A stretch of DNA of 64,000 nucleotides, from NCBI RefSeq assembly GCF_030028105.1, contig NC_092385.1, forward strand, positions 56,965,433 through 57,029,432, in the 5' to 3' direction. This document shows positions 1 to 13,190 of this stretch, one piece after another. The notes under the pieces are model-generated. The model ran no database searches, was not told the DNA's origin, and was given only the letters and a program-made list of their open reading frames with translations. The translations under genes were made by a program, and so were the position numbers. The DNA comes from Mobula birostris. Its lineage: Eukaryota. Each line of letters starts with the position of its first letter. Within the stretch, counting starts at the first letter, position 1.

Positions 1-3000
1 GGGAGAGTGACAGGGTGATGGAGAGGAGAGTGACAGGGTGATGGAAAGTGACAAGGTGATGTAGAGTGAAAGGGTGATGGAGGTAGAGTGACAGGGTGAT
101 GGAGGGAGGGTGATGAAGAGGAGAGTGACAGTGTGATGAGGGGAGAGTGACAGGGTGATGGAGGGGAGAGTGACAGGGTGATGGAGTGGAGAGTGACAGG
201 GTGATGGAGAGTGACAGGGTTATGGAGGGAGAGTGACAGGTTGATGGAGAGTGACACGGTGATGGAGGGAAAGTGACACAGTGATGGAGAGTGACAGGGT
301 GATGGAGGGAGAGTGACAGGGTGATGGAGAGTGACAGGGTCATTGAGAGGCGAGTGACAGAGTGATGGAGAGTGACAGCATGATGGAGAGTGACAGGGTG
401 ATGGAGGGAGAGTGACAGGGTGATGCAGAGTGACAGGGTAATGGAGGGGAGAGTGAAAGGGTGATGAAGAGGAGAGTGACAGGGTGATGGAGGGGAGAGT
501 GACAGGGTGATGGAGGGAGAGTGACAGGGTGATGGAGAGTTACAGGGCGATGGAGAGGAGAGTGACAAGGTGATGGAGAGAGAGTGAGAGGATGATGGAG
601 GAGAGAGTGACAGGGTGATCGAGGGAGAGTGACAGGGTGATGGAGAGGAGAGGGACAGGGTAATGGAGAGTGACAGGATGATGGAGAGGAGAGTGACAGG
701 GTGATGGAGGGAAGAGTGACAGGGTGATGGAGAGTGACAGGATAATGATGGGGAGAGTGACAGGGTGATGGAGGGAAGAGTGACAGGGTGATGGACAGTG
801 ACAGGGTGATACAGAGTGACAGGATAATGATGGGGAGAATGACAAGGTGATGGAGAGTTACTGGGTGATGGAGCGGAGAGTTACAGTGTGATGGAGGGAG
901 AGTGACAGGTTGATGGAGGGGAGAGTGACAGGGTGATGGACAGTGACAGTGTGATGGAGAGGAGAGTGACAGCGTGATGGAGAGTGACAGGGTGATGGAG
1001 GGAGAGTGACTGGGTGATGGAGAGTTACATGGGGATGGAGAGCAGAGTGACAGGGTGATGGAGAGTGACAGGGTGATGGAGGGAGAGTGACAGGGTGATG
1101 GAGAGTGACCGGGTGAATGAGAGGAGAGTGACACGGTGATGGAGGGAGAGTGACAGGGTGAAGGACGGAGAGTGACAGGGTGATGGGAGAATGACAGGGT
1201 GATGGAGGGGAGAGTGACAGGGTGATGGAGGGAGAGTGACAGGGTGATGGAGGGGAGAGTGACAGGGTGATGGACGGGGGAGTGACAGGGTGATGGAGAG
1301 GAGAGTGACAGCGTGATGGAGAGTGACAGGGTGATGGAGGGAGAGTGACTGGGTGATGGAGAGTGACAGGGTAATGGAGGCGAGAGTGACAGGGTGATGA
1401 AGAGCAGCGTGACAGGGGCCTGGAGGGGAGAGTGACATGGTGATGGAGAGTTACAGGGTGATGGAGAGGAGAGTGACAGGCTGTTGGAGAGTGACAGGGT
1501 GATGGAGGGAGAGTGACAGGGTGATGGAGAGTGACTGGGTAATGGAGGGAGAGTGACAGGGTGATGGAGAGTGACAGGGTGATGGAGCGGAGAGTGACAA
1601 GCTGATGGAGAGTACAGGGTGATGAAGGGGAGAGTGACAGGGTGATGGAGATTGACAGGGCGATGGAGGGAGAGTGACAGGGTGATGGAGAGTGACAGGG
1701 AAATGGAGGGGAGAGTGACAGGGTTATGAAGAGGAGAGTGACAGGGTGATGGAGGGGAGAGTGTCAGGGTGATGGAGGGGAGAGTGACAGGGTGATGGAG
1801 GGAGAGTGACAGGGTGATGGAGAGTGACCGGGAGAATGAGAGGAGAGTGACAGAGTGATGGAGGGGAGAGTGACAGGGTGAAGGACGGAGAGTGACAGGG
1901 TGATGGAGAATGACAGGGTGATGGAGGGGAGAGTGACAGGGTGATGGAGGGAGAGTGACGGAGTGATGGAGGGGAGAGTGACAGGGTGAAGGACGGAGAG
2001 TGACAGGGTGATGGAGAATGACAGGGTGATGGAGGGGAGAGTGACAGGGTGATGGAGGGAGAGTGCAGTGTGATGGAGAGTGACAGGGTGATGCAGAATA
2101 GAGAGACAGGGTGATGGAGGGGAGAGTGACGGTGTGAAGGAGAGTGACAGGGTGATGGAGAGTGACAGGGTGAAGGAGACAGACTGACAGGGTGATGGAG
2201 GGGAGAGTGACAGGGTGATGGAGAGTGACAGGGTGATGGAGGGGAGAGTGACAGGGTGATGGAGGGCAGAGTGACAGGGTGATGGAGAGTAACGGGGTGA
2301 TGGAGTGTGACAGCGTAATGGAGGGGAGAGTGAAAGGGTGATGAAGAGGAGAGTGACAGGGTGATGAAGGGGAGAGTGACAGGGTGATGGAGAGTGACAG
2401 GGTGATGGAGGGAGAGTGACAGGGTGATGGAGAGTGACAGGGAAATGGAGGGGAGAGTGACAGGGTTATGAAGAGGAGAGTGACAGGGTGATGGAGGGGA
2501 GAGTGTCAGGGTGATGGAGGGGAGAGTAACAGGGTGATGGAGGGAGAGTGACAGGGTGATGGAGAGTGACCGGGAGAATGAGAGGAGAGTGACAGAGTGA
2601 TGGAGGGGAGAGTGACAGGGTGAAGGACGGAGAGTGACAGGGTGATGGAGAATGACAGGGTGATGGAGGGGAGAGTGACAGGGTGATGGAGGGAGAGTGA
2701 CGGAGTGATGGAGGGGAGAGTGACAGGGTGAAGGACGGAGAGTGACAGGGTGATGGAGAATGACAGGGTGATGGAGGGGAGAGTGACAGGGTGATGGAGG
2801 GAGAGTGCAGTGTGATGGAGAGTGACAGGGTGATGCAGAGTAGAGAGACAGGGTGATGGAGGGGAGAGTGACGGTGTGAAGGAGAGTGACAGGGTGATGG
2901 AGAGTGACAGGGTGAAGGAGACAGACTGACAGGGTGATGGAGGGGAGAGTGACAGGGTGATGGAGAGTGACAGGGTGATGGAGGGGAGAGTGACAGGGTG

Positions 3001-6000
3001 ATGGAGGGAGAGTGACAGGGTGATGGAGAGTGACCGGGAGAATGAGAGGAGAGTGACAGAGTGATGGAGGGGAGAGTGACAGGGTGAAGGACGGAGAGTG
3101 ACAGGGTGATGGAGAATGACAGGGTGATGGAGGGGAGAGTGACAGGGTGATTGAGGGAGAGTGACGGAGTGATGGAGGGGAGAGTGACAGGGTGAAGGAC
3201 GGAGAGTGACAGGGTGATGGAGAATGACAGGGTGATGGATGGGAGAGTGACAGGGTGATGGAGGGAGAGTGCAGTGTGATGGAGAGTGACAGGGTGATGC
3301 AGAGTAGAGAGACAGGGTGATGGAGGGGAGAGTGACGGTGTGAAGGAGAGTGACAGGGTGATGGAGAGTGACAGGGTGAAGGAGACAGACTGACAGGGTG
3401 ATGGAGGGGAGAGTGACAGGGTGATGGAGAGTGACAGGGTGATGGAGGGAGAGTGACAGGGTGATGGAGGGCAGAGTGACAGGGTCATGGAGAGTAACGG
3501 GGTGATGGAGTGTGACAGCGTAATGGTGGGGAGAGTGACAGGGTGAATGAGACACAGTGACAGGTTGATGGACGAAGAGTGAAAGGCTGATGGAGGGAGA
3601 GTGACAGGGTGATGGAGAGGAGAGTGTCAGGGTGATGGAAAGTGACAAGGTGATGTAGAGTGAAAGGGTGATGGAGAGAGAGTGACAGGGTGATGGAGGG
3701 AGGGTGATGAAGAGGAGAGTGACAGTGTGATGAGGGGAGAGTGACAGGGTGATGGAGGGGAGAGTGACAGGGTGATGGAGTGGAGAGTGACAGGGTGATG
3801 GAGAGTGACAGGGTTATGGAGGGAGAGTGACAGGTTGATGGAGAGTGACAGGGTGATGGAGGGAAAGTGACACAGTGATGGAGAGTGACAGGGTGATGGA
3901 GGGAGAGTGACAGGGTGATGGAGGGAGAGTGACAGGGTGATGGAGGGAGAGTGACCGGGTAATGGAGGGGAGAGTGACAGGGTGATGGAGGGAAGAGTGA
4001 CAGGGTGATCGAGAGTTGCAGGGTGATGGAGAGATAGTGACAGGGTGATGGAGAGTGACAGGGTGTTGGAGGGAGAGTGACAGGGTGATAAAGAGTGACA
4101 GGGTGATGGAGGTAGAGTGACAGGGTGATGGAGAGTGACCGGGTCAAGGAGAGGAGAGTGACAGGCCGATGGAGAGGAGAGTGACAGGGTGATGTAGAGT
4201 GAAAGGGTGATGGAGGGAGAGTGACAGGGTGATGCAGAGTGACAGGGTCATTGAGAGGCGAGTGACACAGTGATGGAGAGTGACAGCATGATGGAGAGTG
4301 ACAGGGTGATGGAGGGAGAGTGACAGGGTGATGGAGAGTGACAGCGTAATTGGGGGGGAGAGTGAAAGGGTGATGAAGAGGAGAGTGACAGGGTGATGGA
4401 GGGGAGAGTGACAGGGTGATGAGGGAGAGTGACAGGTGCATGGAGAGTTATAGTGCGATGGAGAGGAGAGTGACAAGGTGATGGAGAGAGAGTGAGAGTG
4501 TGATGGAGGAGAGAGTGACAGGGTGATGGAGAGTGACAGGGTGATGGAGGGAGAGTGACAGGGTGATGGAGAGTGACAGGGTGATCGAGGGAGAGTGACA
4601 GGGTGATGGAGAGTTACAGGGTGAAGGAGAGGAGAGGGACAGGGTAATGGAGAGTTACAGGGTGATGGAGAGGAGAGTGACAGGCTGTTGGAGAGTGACA
4701 GGGTATTGGAGGAAGAATGACAGGGTGATGGAGACCTACAGTGTGATGCAGAGGAGAGTGACAGGATGATGGAGAGTGACAGGGTGATGGAGGGAGAGTG
4801 CAGTGTGATGGAGAGTGACAGGGTGATGCAGAGGAGAGAGACAGGGATGATGGAGGGAGAGTGACAGGGTGATGGAGGGGAGAGTGACAGGGTGATGGAC
4901 GGGGGAGTGACCGGGTGATGGAGGTAGAGTGACAGGGTGATGGAGAGTGACCGGGTCAAGGAGAGGAGAGTGACAGGCCGATGGAGAGGAGAGCGACAGG
5001 GTGATGTAGAGTGAAAGGGTGATGGAGGGAGAGTGACAGGGTGATGGAGAGTGACAGGGTCATTGAGAGGCGAGTGACAGAGTGATGGAGAGTGACAGCA
5101 TGATGGAGAGTGACAGGGTGATGGAGGGAGAGTGACAGGGTGATGCAGAGTGAGAGGGTAATGGATGGGAGAGTGAAAGGGTGATGAAGAGGAGAGTGAC
5201 AGGGTGATGGAGGGGAGAGTGACAGGGTGATGGAGGGAGAGTGACAGGGTGATGGAGAGTTACAGGGCGATGGAGAGGAGAGTGACAAGGTGATGGAGAG
5301 AGAGTGAGAGGGTGATGGAGGAGAGAGTGACAGGGTGATGGAGGGATTGTGACAGTGTGATGGAGAGTGACAGGGTGATCGAGGGAGAGTGACAGGGTGA
5401 TGGAGAGGAGAGGGACAGAGTAATGGAGAGTGACAGGATGATGGAGAGGAGAGTGACAGGGTGATGGAGGGAAGAGTGACAGGGAGATGGAGAGTGACAG
5501 GATAATGATGGGGAGAGTGACAGGGTGATGGAGGGAAGAGTGACAGGGTGATGGACAGTGACAGGGTGATGCAGAGTGACAGGATAATGATGGGGAGAAT
5601 GACAAGGTGATGGAGAGTTACTGGGTGATGGAGCGGAGAGTTACAGTGTGATGGAGGGAGACTGACAGGTTGATGGAGGGGAGAGTGACAGGGTGATGGA
5701 GAGTGACAGTGTGATGGAGAGGAGAGTGACAGCGTGATGGAGAGTGACAGGGTGATGGAGGGAGAGTGACTGGGTGATGGAGAGTGACAGGGTAATGGAG
5801 GGGAGAGTGACAGGGTGATGAAGAGCAGCGTGACAGGGGCCTGGAGGGGAGAGTGACAGGGTGATGGAGAGTTACAGGGTGATGGAGAGGAGAGTGACAG
5901 GCTGTTGGAGAGTGACAGGGTGATGGAGGGAGAGTGACAGTGTGATGGAGAGTGACTGGGTAATGGAGGGAGAGTGACAGGGTGATGGAGAGTGACAGGG

Positions 6001-9000
6001 TGATGGAGCGGAGAGTGACAGAGTGATGGAGGGGAGAGTGACAGGGTGAAGGACGGAGAGTGACAGGGTGATGGAGAATGACAGGGTGATGGAGGGGAGA
6101 GTGACAGGGTGATGGAGGGAGAGTGACGGAGTGATGGAGGGGAGAGTGACAGGGTGAAGGACGGAGAGTGACAGGGTGATGGAGAATGACAGGGTGATGG
6201 AGGGGAGAGTGACAGGGTGATGGAGGGAGAGTGCAGTGTGATGGAGAGTGACAGGGTGATGCAGAGTAGGGAGACAGGGTGATGGAGGGGAGAGTGACGG
6301 TGTGAAGGAGAGTGACAGGGTGATGGAGAGTGACAGGGTGAAGGAGACAGACTGACAGGGTGATGGAGGGGAGAGTGACAGGGTGATGGAGAGTGACAGG
6401 GTGATGGAAAGTGACAAGGTGATGTAGAGTGAAAGGGTGATGGAGGGAGAGTGACAGGGTGATGGAGGGAGGGTGATGAAGAGGAGAGTGACAGTGTGAT
6501 GAGGGGAGAGTGACAGGGTGATGGAGGGGAGAGTGACAGGGTGATGGAGGGAGAGTGACAGGTTGATGGAGAGTGACAGGGTGATGGATGGAAAGTGACA
6601 CAGTGATGGAGAGTGAAAGGGTGATGGAGGGAGAGTGACAGGGTGATGGAGGGAGAGTGACAGGGTGATTGAGTGAGAGTGACCGGGTAATGGAGGGGAG
6701 AGTGACAGGGTGATGGAGGGAAGAGTGACAGGGTGATCGAGAGTTGCAGGGTGATGGAGAGATAGTGACAGGGTGATGGAGAGTGACAGGGTGATGGAGG
6801 GAGAGTGACAGGGTGATAAAGAGTGACAGGGTGATGGAGGTAGAGTGACAGGGTGATGGAGAGTGACCGGTCAAGGAGAGGAGAGTGACAGGCCGATGGA
6901 GAGGAGAGTGACAGGGTGATGTAGAGTGAAAGGGTGATGGAGGGAGAGTGACAGGGTGATGGAGAGTGACAGGGTCATTGAGAGGCGAGTGACACAGTGA
7001 TGGAGAGTGACAGCATGATGGAGAGTGACAGGGTGATGGAGGGAGAGTGACAGGGTGATGGAGAGTGACAGCGTAATGGAGGGGAGAGTGAAAGGGTGAT
7101 GAAGAGGAGAGTGACAGGGTGATGAAGGGGAGAGTGACAGGGTGATGGAGAGTGACAGGGTGATGGTGGGAGAGTGACAGGGTGATGGAGAGTGACAGGG
7201 AAATGGAGGGGAGAGTGTCAGGGTTATGAAGAGGAGAGTGACAGGGTGATGGAGGGGAGAGTGGCAGGGTGATGGAGGGGAGAGTGGCAGGGTGATGGAG
7301 GGAGAGTGACAGGGTGATGGAGAGTGACCGGGAGAATGAGAGGAGAGTGACAGAGTGATGGAGGGGAGAGTGACAGGGTGAAGGACGGAGAGTGACAGGG
7401 TGATGGAGAATGACAGGGTGATGGAGGGGAGAGTGACAGGGTGATGGAGGGAGAGTGCAGTGTGATGGAGAGTGACAGGGTGATGCAGAGTAGAGAGACA
7501 GGGTGATGGAGGGGAGAGTGACGGTGTGAAGGAGAGTGACAGGGTGATGGAGAGTGACAGGGTGAAGGAGACAGACTGACAGGGTGATGGAGGGGAGAGT
7601 GACAGGGTGATGGAGAGTGACAGGGTGATGGAGGGGAGAGTGACAGGGTGATGGAGGGCAGAGTGACAGGGTCATGGAGAGTAACGGGGTGATGGAGTGT
7701 GACAGCGTAATGGTGGGGAGAGTGACAGGGTGAATGAGACACAGTGACAGGTTGATGGACGAAGAGTGAAAGGCTGATGGAGGGGAGAGTGACAGGGTGA
7801 TGGAGAGGAGAGTGTCAGGGTGATGGAAAGTGACAAGGTGATGTAGAGTGAAAGGGTGATGGAGGGGAGAGTGACAGGGTGATGGAGAGGAGAGTGTCAG
7901 GGTGATGGAAAGTGACAAGGTGATGTAGAGTGAAAGGGTGATGGAGAGAGAGTGACAGGGTGATGGAGGGAGGGTGATGAAGAGGAGAGTGACAGTGTGA
8001 TGAGGGGAGAGTGACAGGGTGATGGAGGGGAGAGTGACAGGGTGATGGAGGGAGAGTGACAGGTTGATGGAGAGTGACAGGGTGATGGAGGGAAAGTGAC
8101 ACAGTGATGGAGAGTGACAGGGTGATGGAGGGAGAGTGACAGGGTGATGGAGGGAGAGTGACAGGGTGATTGAGTGAGAGTGACCGGGTAATGGAGGGGA
8201 GAGTGACAGGGTGATGGAGGGAAGAGTGACAGGGTGATCGAGAGTTGCAGGGTGATGGAGAGATAGTGACAGGGTGATGGAGAGTGACAGGGTGATGGAG
8301 GGAGAGTGACAGGGTGATAAAGAGTGACAGGGTGATGGAGGTAGAGTGACAGGGTGATGGAGAGTGACAGGGTCATTGAGAGGCGAGTGACACAGTGATG
8401 GAGAGTGACAGCATGATGGAGAGTGACAGCGTAATGGAGGGGAGAGTGAAAGGGTGATGAAGAGGAGAGTGACAGGGTGATGAAGGGGAGAGTGACAGGG
8501 TGATGGAGAGTGACAGGGTGATGGTGGGAGAGTGACAGGGTGATGGAGAGTGACAGGGAAATGGAGGGGAGAGTGACAGGGTTATGAAGAGGAGAGTGAC
8601 AGGGTGATGGTGGGAGAGTGACAGGGTGATGGAGAGTGACAGGGAAATGGAGGGGAGAGTGACAGGGTTATGAAGAGGAGAGTGACAGGGTGATGGAGGG
8701 GAGAGTGGCAGGGTGATGGAGGGGAGAGTGACAGGGTGATGGAGTGGAGAGTGACAGGGTGATGGAGAGTGACAGGGTTATGGAGGGAGAGTGACAGGTT
8801 GATGGAGAGTGACAGGGTGATGGAGGGAAAGTGACACAGTGATGGAGAGTGACAGGGTGATGGAGGGAGTGTGACAGGGTGATGGAGGGAGAGTGACAGG
8901 GTGATTGAGGGAGAGTGACCGGGTAATGGAGGGGAGAGTGACAGGGTGATGGAGGGAAGAGTGACAGGGTGATCGAGAGTTGCAGGGTGATGGAGAGATA

Positions 9001-12000
9001 GTGACAGGGTGATGGAGAGTGACAGGGTGTTGGAGGGAGAGTGACAGGGTGATAAAGAGTGACAGGGTGATGGAGGTAGAGTGACAGTGTGATGGAGAGT
9101 GACCGGGTCAAGGAGAGGAGAGTGACAGGCCGATGGAGAGGAGAGTGACAGGGTGATGTAGAGTGAAAGGGTGATGGAGGGAGAGTGACAGGGTGATGGA
9201 GAGTGACAGGGTCATTGAGAGGCGAGTGACACAGTGATGGAGAGTGACAGCATGATGGAGAGTGACAGGGTGATGGAGGGAGAGTGACAGGGTGATGGAG
9301 AGTGACAGCGTAATGGGGGGGAGAGTGAAAGGGTGATGAAGAGGAGAGTGACAGGGTGATGGAGGGGAGAGTGACAGGGTGATGAGGGAGAGTGACAGGG
9401 TGATGGAGAGTTACAGGGCGATGGAGAGGAGAGTGACAAGGTGATGGAGAGAGAGTGAGAGGGTGATGCAGGAGTGAGTGACAGGGTGATGGAGAGTGAC
9501 AGGGTGATGGAGGGAGAGTGACAGGGTGATGGAGAGTGGCAGGGTGATGGAGGGAGAGTGACAGGGTGATGGAGAGTTACAGGGTGATGGAGAGGAGAGG
9601 GACAGGGTAATGGAGAGTTACAGGGTGATGGAGAGGAGAGTGACAGGCTGTTGGAGAGTGATAGGGTATTGGAGGAAGAATGACAGGGTGATGGAGACTT
9701 ACAGTGTGATGCAGAGGAGAGTGACAGGATGATGGAGAGTGACAGGGTGATGGAGGGAGAGTGCAGTGTGATGGAGAGTGACAGGGTGATGCAGAGGAGA
9801 GAGACAGGGTGATGGAGGGAGAGTGACAGGGTGATGGAGAGTAACGGGGTGATGGAGTGTGACAGGGTGAAGGAGACAGACTGACAGGGTGATGGAGGGA
9901 GAGTGACAGGGTGATGGAGGGAGAGTGACTGGATGATGGAGAATGACAGGGTGATGGAGGGAGAGTGACAGGGTAATGGAGGGGAAAGTGACAGGGTGAT
10001 GAAGACGAGAGTGACAGGGTGATGGAGGAGAGAGTGACAGGGTCATGGAGAGTTACAGGGTCATGGAGAGTGACAGGGTGATGGAGGGAGAGTGACAGGG
10101 TGATGGAGAGTTACAGGATAATGGAGAGGAGAGTGACAGGGTGATGGAGGGAGAGTGACAAGGTGATGGAGAGTGACAGGGTGATGGTGCGTAGAGTGAC
10201 CGGGTGATGGAGGGATAGTGACAGGGTGATGGAGGGAGAGTGACAGTGTGATGGAGGGGTGAGTGACAGGGTGATGGAGGGAGAGTGACAGGGTGATGGA
10301 GAGGAGAGTGACAGGGTGATGGAGAGTGTCAGGGTGATGGAGGGGAAAGTGACAGGGTGATGGAGAGTGACAGGGTGATGGAGAGTTACAGGGTGAAGGA
10401 GACAGAGTGATAGGGCGATGGACGTGAGAGTGACAGGGTGATGTTGAGTGACAGTGTGATGGAGGGGAGAGTGACAGGCTGATGGAGAGTGACAGAGTGA
10501 TGGAGGGGAGAGTGACACGGTGATGGAGGGGAGAGTGAGAGGGTGATGGAGAGGAAAGTGACAGGGTGATGGAGAGTGACAGGGTGAAGCAGAGTGACAG
10601 GTTGATGGAGATTTACAGGGTGATGGAGGGATAGTGACAGGGTGATGGAGGGGAGAGTGACAGGGTGATGGAGAGTGACAGGGTGATAGATGGATAGTGA
10701 CAGGGTGATGGAGGGAGAGTGACAGGGGGATGGAGAGGAGAGTGACAGGGTGATGGAGGGAGGGTGACAGGGTGATGAAGAATGACAGGGTGATGGAGAG
10801 AAGAGAGACAGGGTGATGGAGGGGAGTGTGACGGTGCGATGGAGAGTGACAGGGTGATGAAGAGTGACAGTGTGAAGGACACAGAGTGATAGTGTGATGG
10901 AGGGGAGAGTGACAGGGTGATGGAGAGTGACAGGGTGATGGAGGGGAGAGTGACAGGGTGATGGAGGGAGAGTGACAGCGTGATGGAGGGAGAGTGACAG
11001 GGTGATGGAGAGTGTCAGGGTGATGGAGGGAGAGTGACAGGGTCATGGAGAGTGACAGGGTGATGGAGAGTGTCAGGGTGATGGAGGGAGAGTGACAGGG
11101 TGATGGAGAGTGTCAGGGTGATGGAGGGAGAGTGACAGGGTCATGGAGAGTGACAGGGTGACGGAGCGAGAGTGACAGGGTAATGGAGGGTAAAAGTGAC
11201 AGGGTGATGAAGAGGAGAGTGACAGGTTGATGGACGGGAGAGTGACAGGGTCATGGAGAGTTACAGGGTCATGGAGAGTGACAGGGTGATGGAGGGAGAG
11301 TGACAGGGTAATGGAGAGTTACAGGGTGATGGAGAGGAGAGTGACAGGGTGATGGAGGGAGAGTGACAGGGTGATGGAAAGTGACAGGGTGATGGAGCGT
11401 AGAGTAACCGGGTGATGGAAGGATAGTGACAGGGTGATGGAGGAGAGAGTGACAGGGTGATGGAGGGGTGAGTGACAGGGTGATGGAGAATGACAGCGTG
11501 ATAGATGGAGAGTGACAGGGTGATGGAGGGCGATTCACAGGGTGATGTAGAGGAGAGTGACAGGGTGATGGAGGGAGAGTGACAGGGTGATGGAGAGGAG
11601 AGTGACAGGGTGATGTAGAGTGAAAGGGTGATGAAGGGAGAGTGACAGTGTGATGGAGAGTGACAGGGTGATGGAGAGTTACAGGGTGAAGGAGACAGAG
11701 TGATAGGGTGATGGACGTGAGAGTGACAGGGTGATGGTGAGTGACAGGGTGATTGAGGGGAGAGTGACAGGGTGATGGAGAGTGACAGGGTCATGGAGGG
11801 GAGAGTGACAGGGTGATGGAGAGGAAAGTGACAGGGTGATGGAGAGTGACAGAGTGATGGAGAGTGACAGGGTGAAGCAGAGTGACAGGTTGATGGTGAT
11901 TTACAGGGTGATGGAGGGATAGTGACAGGGTGATAGAGGGGAGAGTGGCAGAGTGATGGAGAGTGACTGGGTGATAGATGGATAGTGACAGGGTGATGGA

Positions 12001-13117
12001 GCGAGAGTGACAGGGTGATGGTGAGGAGAGTGACAGGGTGATGGAGAGAGAGTGACAGTGATGGAGAGAAGAGAGACAGGGTGATGGAGGGGAGAGTGAC
12101 GCGGTGATGGAGAGTGACAGTGTGATGGAGGGGAGAGTGACAGGGTGATGGAGAGGAAAGTGACAGGGTGATGGATAGTGACAGGGTGATGCAGAGTGAC
12201 AGGGTGATGGAGGGGAGAGTGACAGGTTGATGGAGATTTACAGGGTGATGGAGAAGTGAGTGACAGGGTGATGGAGGGAGAGTGAGAGGGTGATGGAGGG
12301 AAGAGTGACAGAGTGATGGAGAGTGACAGGGTGATGGAGAGGAGAGTGACAAGGTGATGGAGAGTGACAGGGTGATGGAGGGAGAGTCACAGGGTGATGG
12401 AGAGCTACAGGGTGATGGAGAGGAGAGTGACAGGGGGATTGGGAGTGACGGGGTGATGGAGGGAGAGTGACAGTGTGATGGAGGGAGAGTGACAGGGTGA
12501 TGGAGAGTGGCAGGGTGATAGAGAGTGACAGGGTGATGGAGGGAGTGTGACACAGTGATGGAAATGAGAGTGACAGGGTGATGGAGAGGAGAGTGTCAGG
12601 GTGATGGATAGGAGAGTGACGGGGTGTTAGAGAGAAGAGTGACAGGGTGATGGAGATGATAGTGACAGCGTGATGGAGAGTGACAGGGTGATGGAGAGTG
12701 ACTGGGTGAAGGAGGATTAGTGACAGGCTGATGGAGAGTGTCAGGGTGATGGAGATGAGAGTGACAAGGTGCTGGAGGAGAGAGTGACAGGGTGATGGAG
12801 AGTGACAGGGTGATGGAGGGGAGAGTGACAGCGTGATGGAGGGAGATTGACAGGTTGATGTAGATGAGAGTGACAGGGTGATGGAGAGTGACAGTGTGAT
12901 GGAGAGAAGAGAGCCGGTGATGGAGGGGAGAGTGACGGGGTGATGGAGAGTGACAGGGTGATGGACGTGAGAGTGACAGGGTGATGGTGAGTGACAGGGT
13001 GATGGAGGGGAGAGTGACAGGTTGATGGAGATTTACAGGGTGATGGAGAAGAGAGTGACAGGGTGATGGAGGGAGACTGACAGGGTGATGGAGAGTTACA
13101 GGGTGATGGAGAGGAGA
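1..13117. repeat. Purine-rich satellite array, core AGAGTGACAGGGTGAT plus linker GG / GGAGGG / GGAGGGG (18, 22, 23-nt units), open at the left window edge
   Basis: Continuous tandem repetition from base 1 to ~13117, roughly 600 units; the 18-mer has 14/18 purines and one C. Confidence 0.98.
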
Positions 13118-13190
13118 CTTTATCAACTTTATCAAATTTATTATCACTGACAGATAGAATGGCATGAAATTTGTTGTTTTCTGACACTGT
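13118..13190 (-). mobile_element. 3' tail remnant of a Rex1-type LINE abutting the satellite
   Basis: Minus strand AACAACAAATTTCATG...TCAGTGATAATAAA resembles the tails at 15400-15456 and 22410-22457, followed by a (TTGATAAAG)2 tail. Confidence 0.6.

Noticed and set aside
277-283. CACAGTG (V(D)J RSS heptamer) here and at other satellite variants
   Set aside because: A point variant of the monomer; no nonamer at 12/23 spacing and no Ig/TCR segments.
1-13117. CRISPR-like repeat-spacer reading of the array
   Set aside because: Linkers are only 2-7 nt and recurrent, there are no cas genes, and the context is eukaryotic.
340-13187. Long His/Pro/Ser-rich minus-strand ORFs (up to 766 aa)
   Set aside because: They arise from a satellite strand lacking stop codons; they overlap in all three frames and cycle the same hexapeptides.
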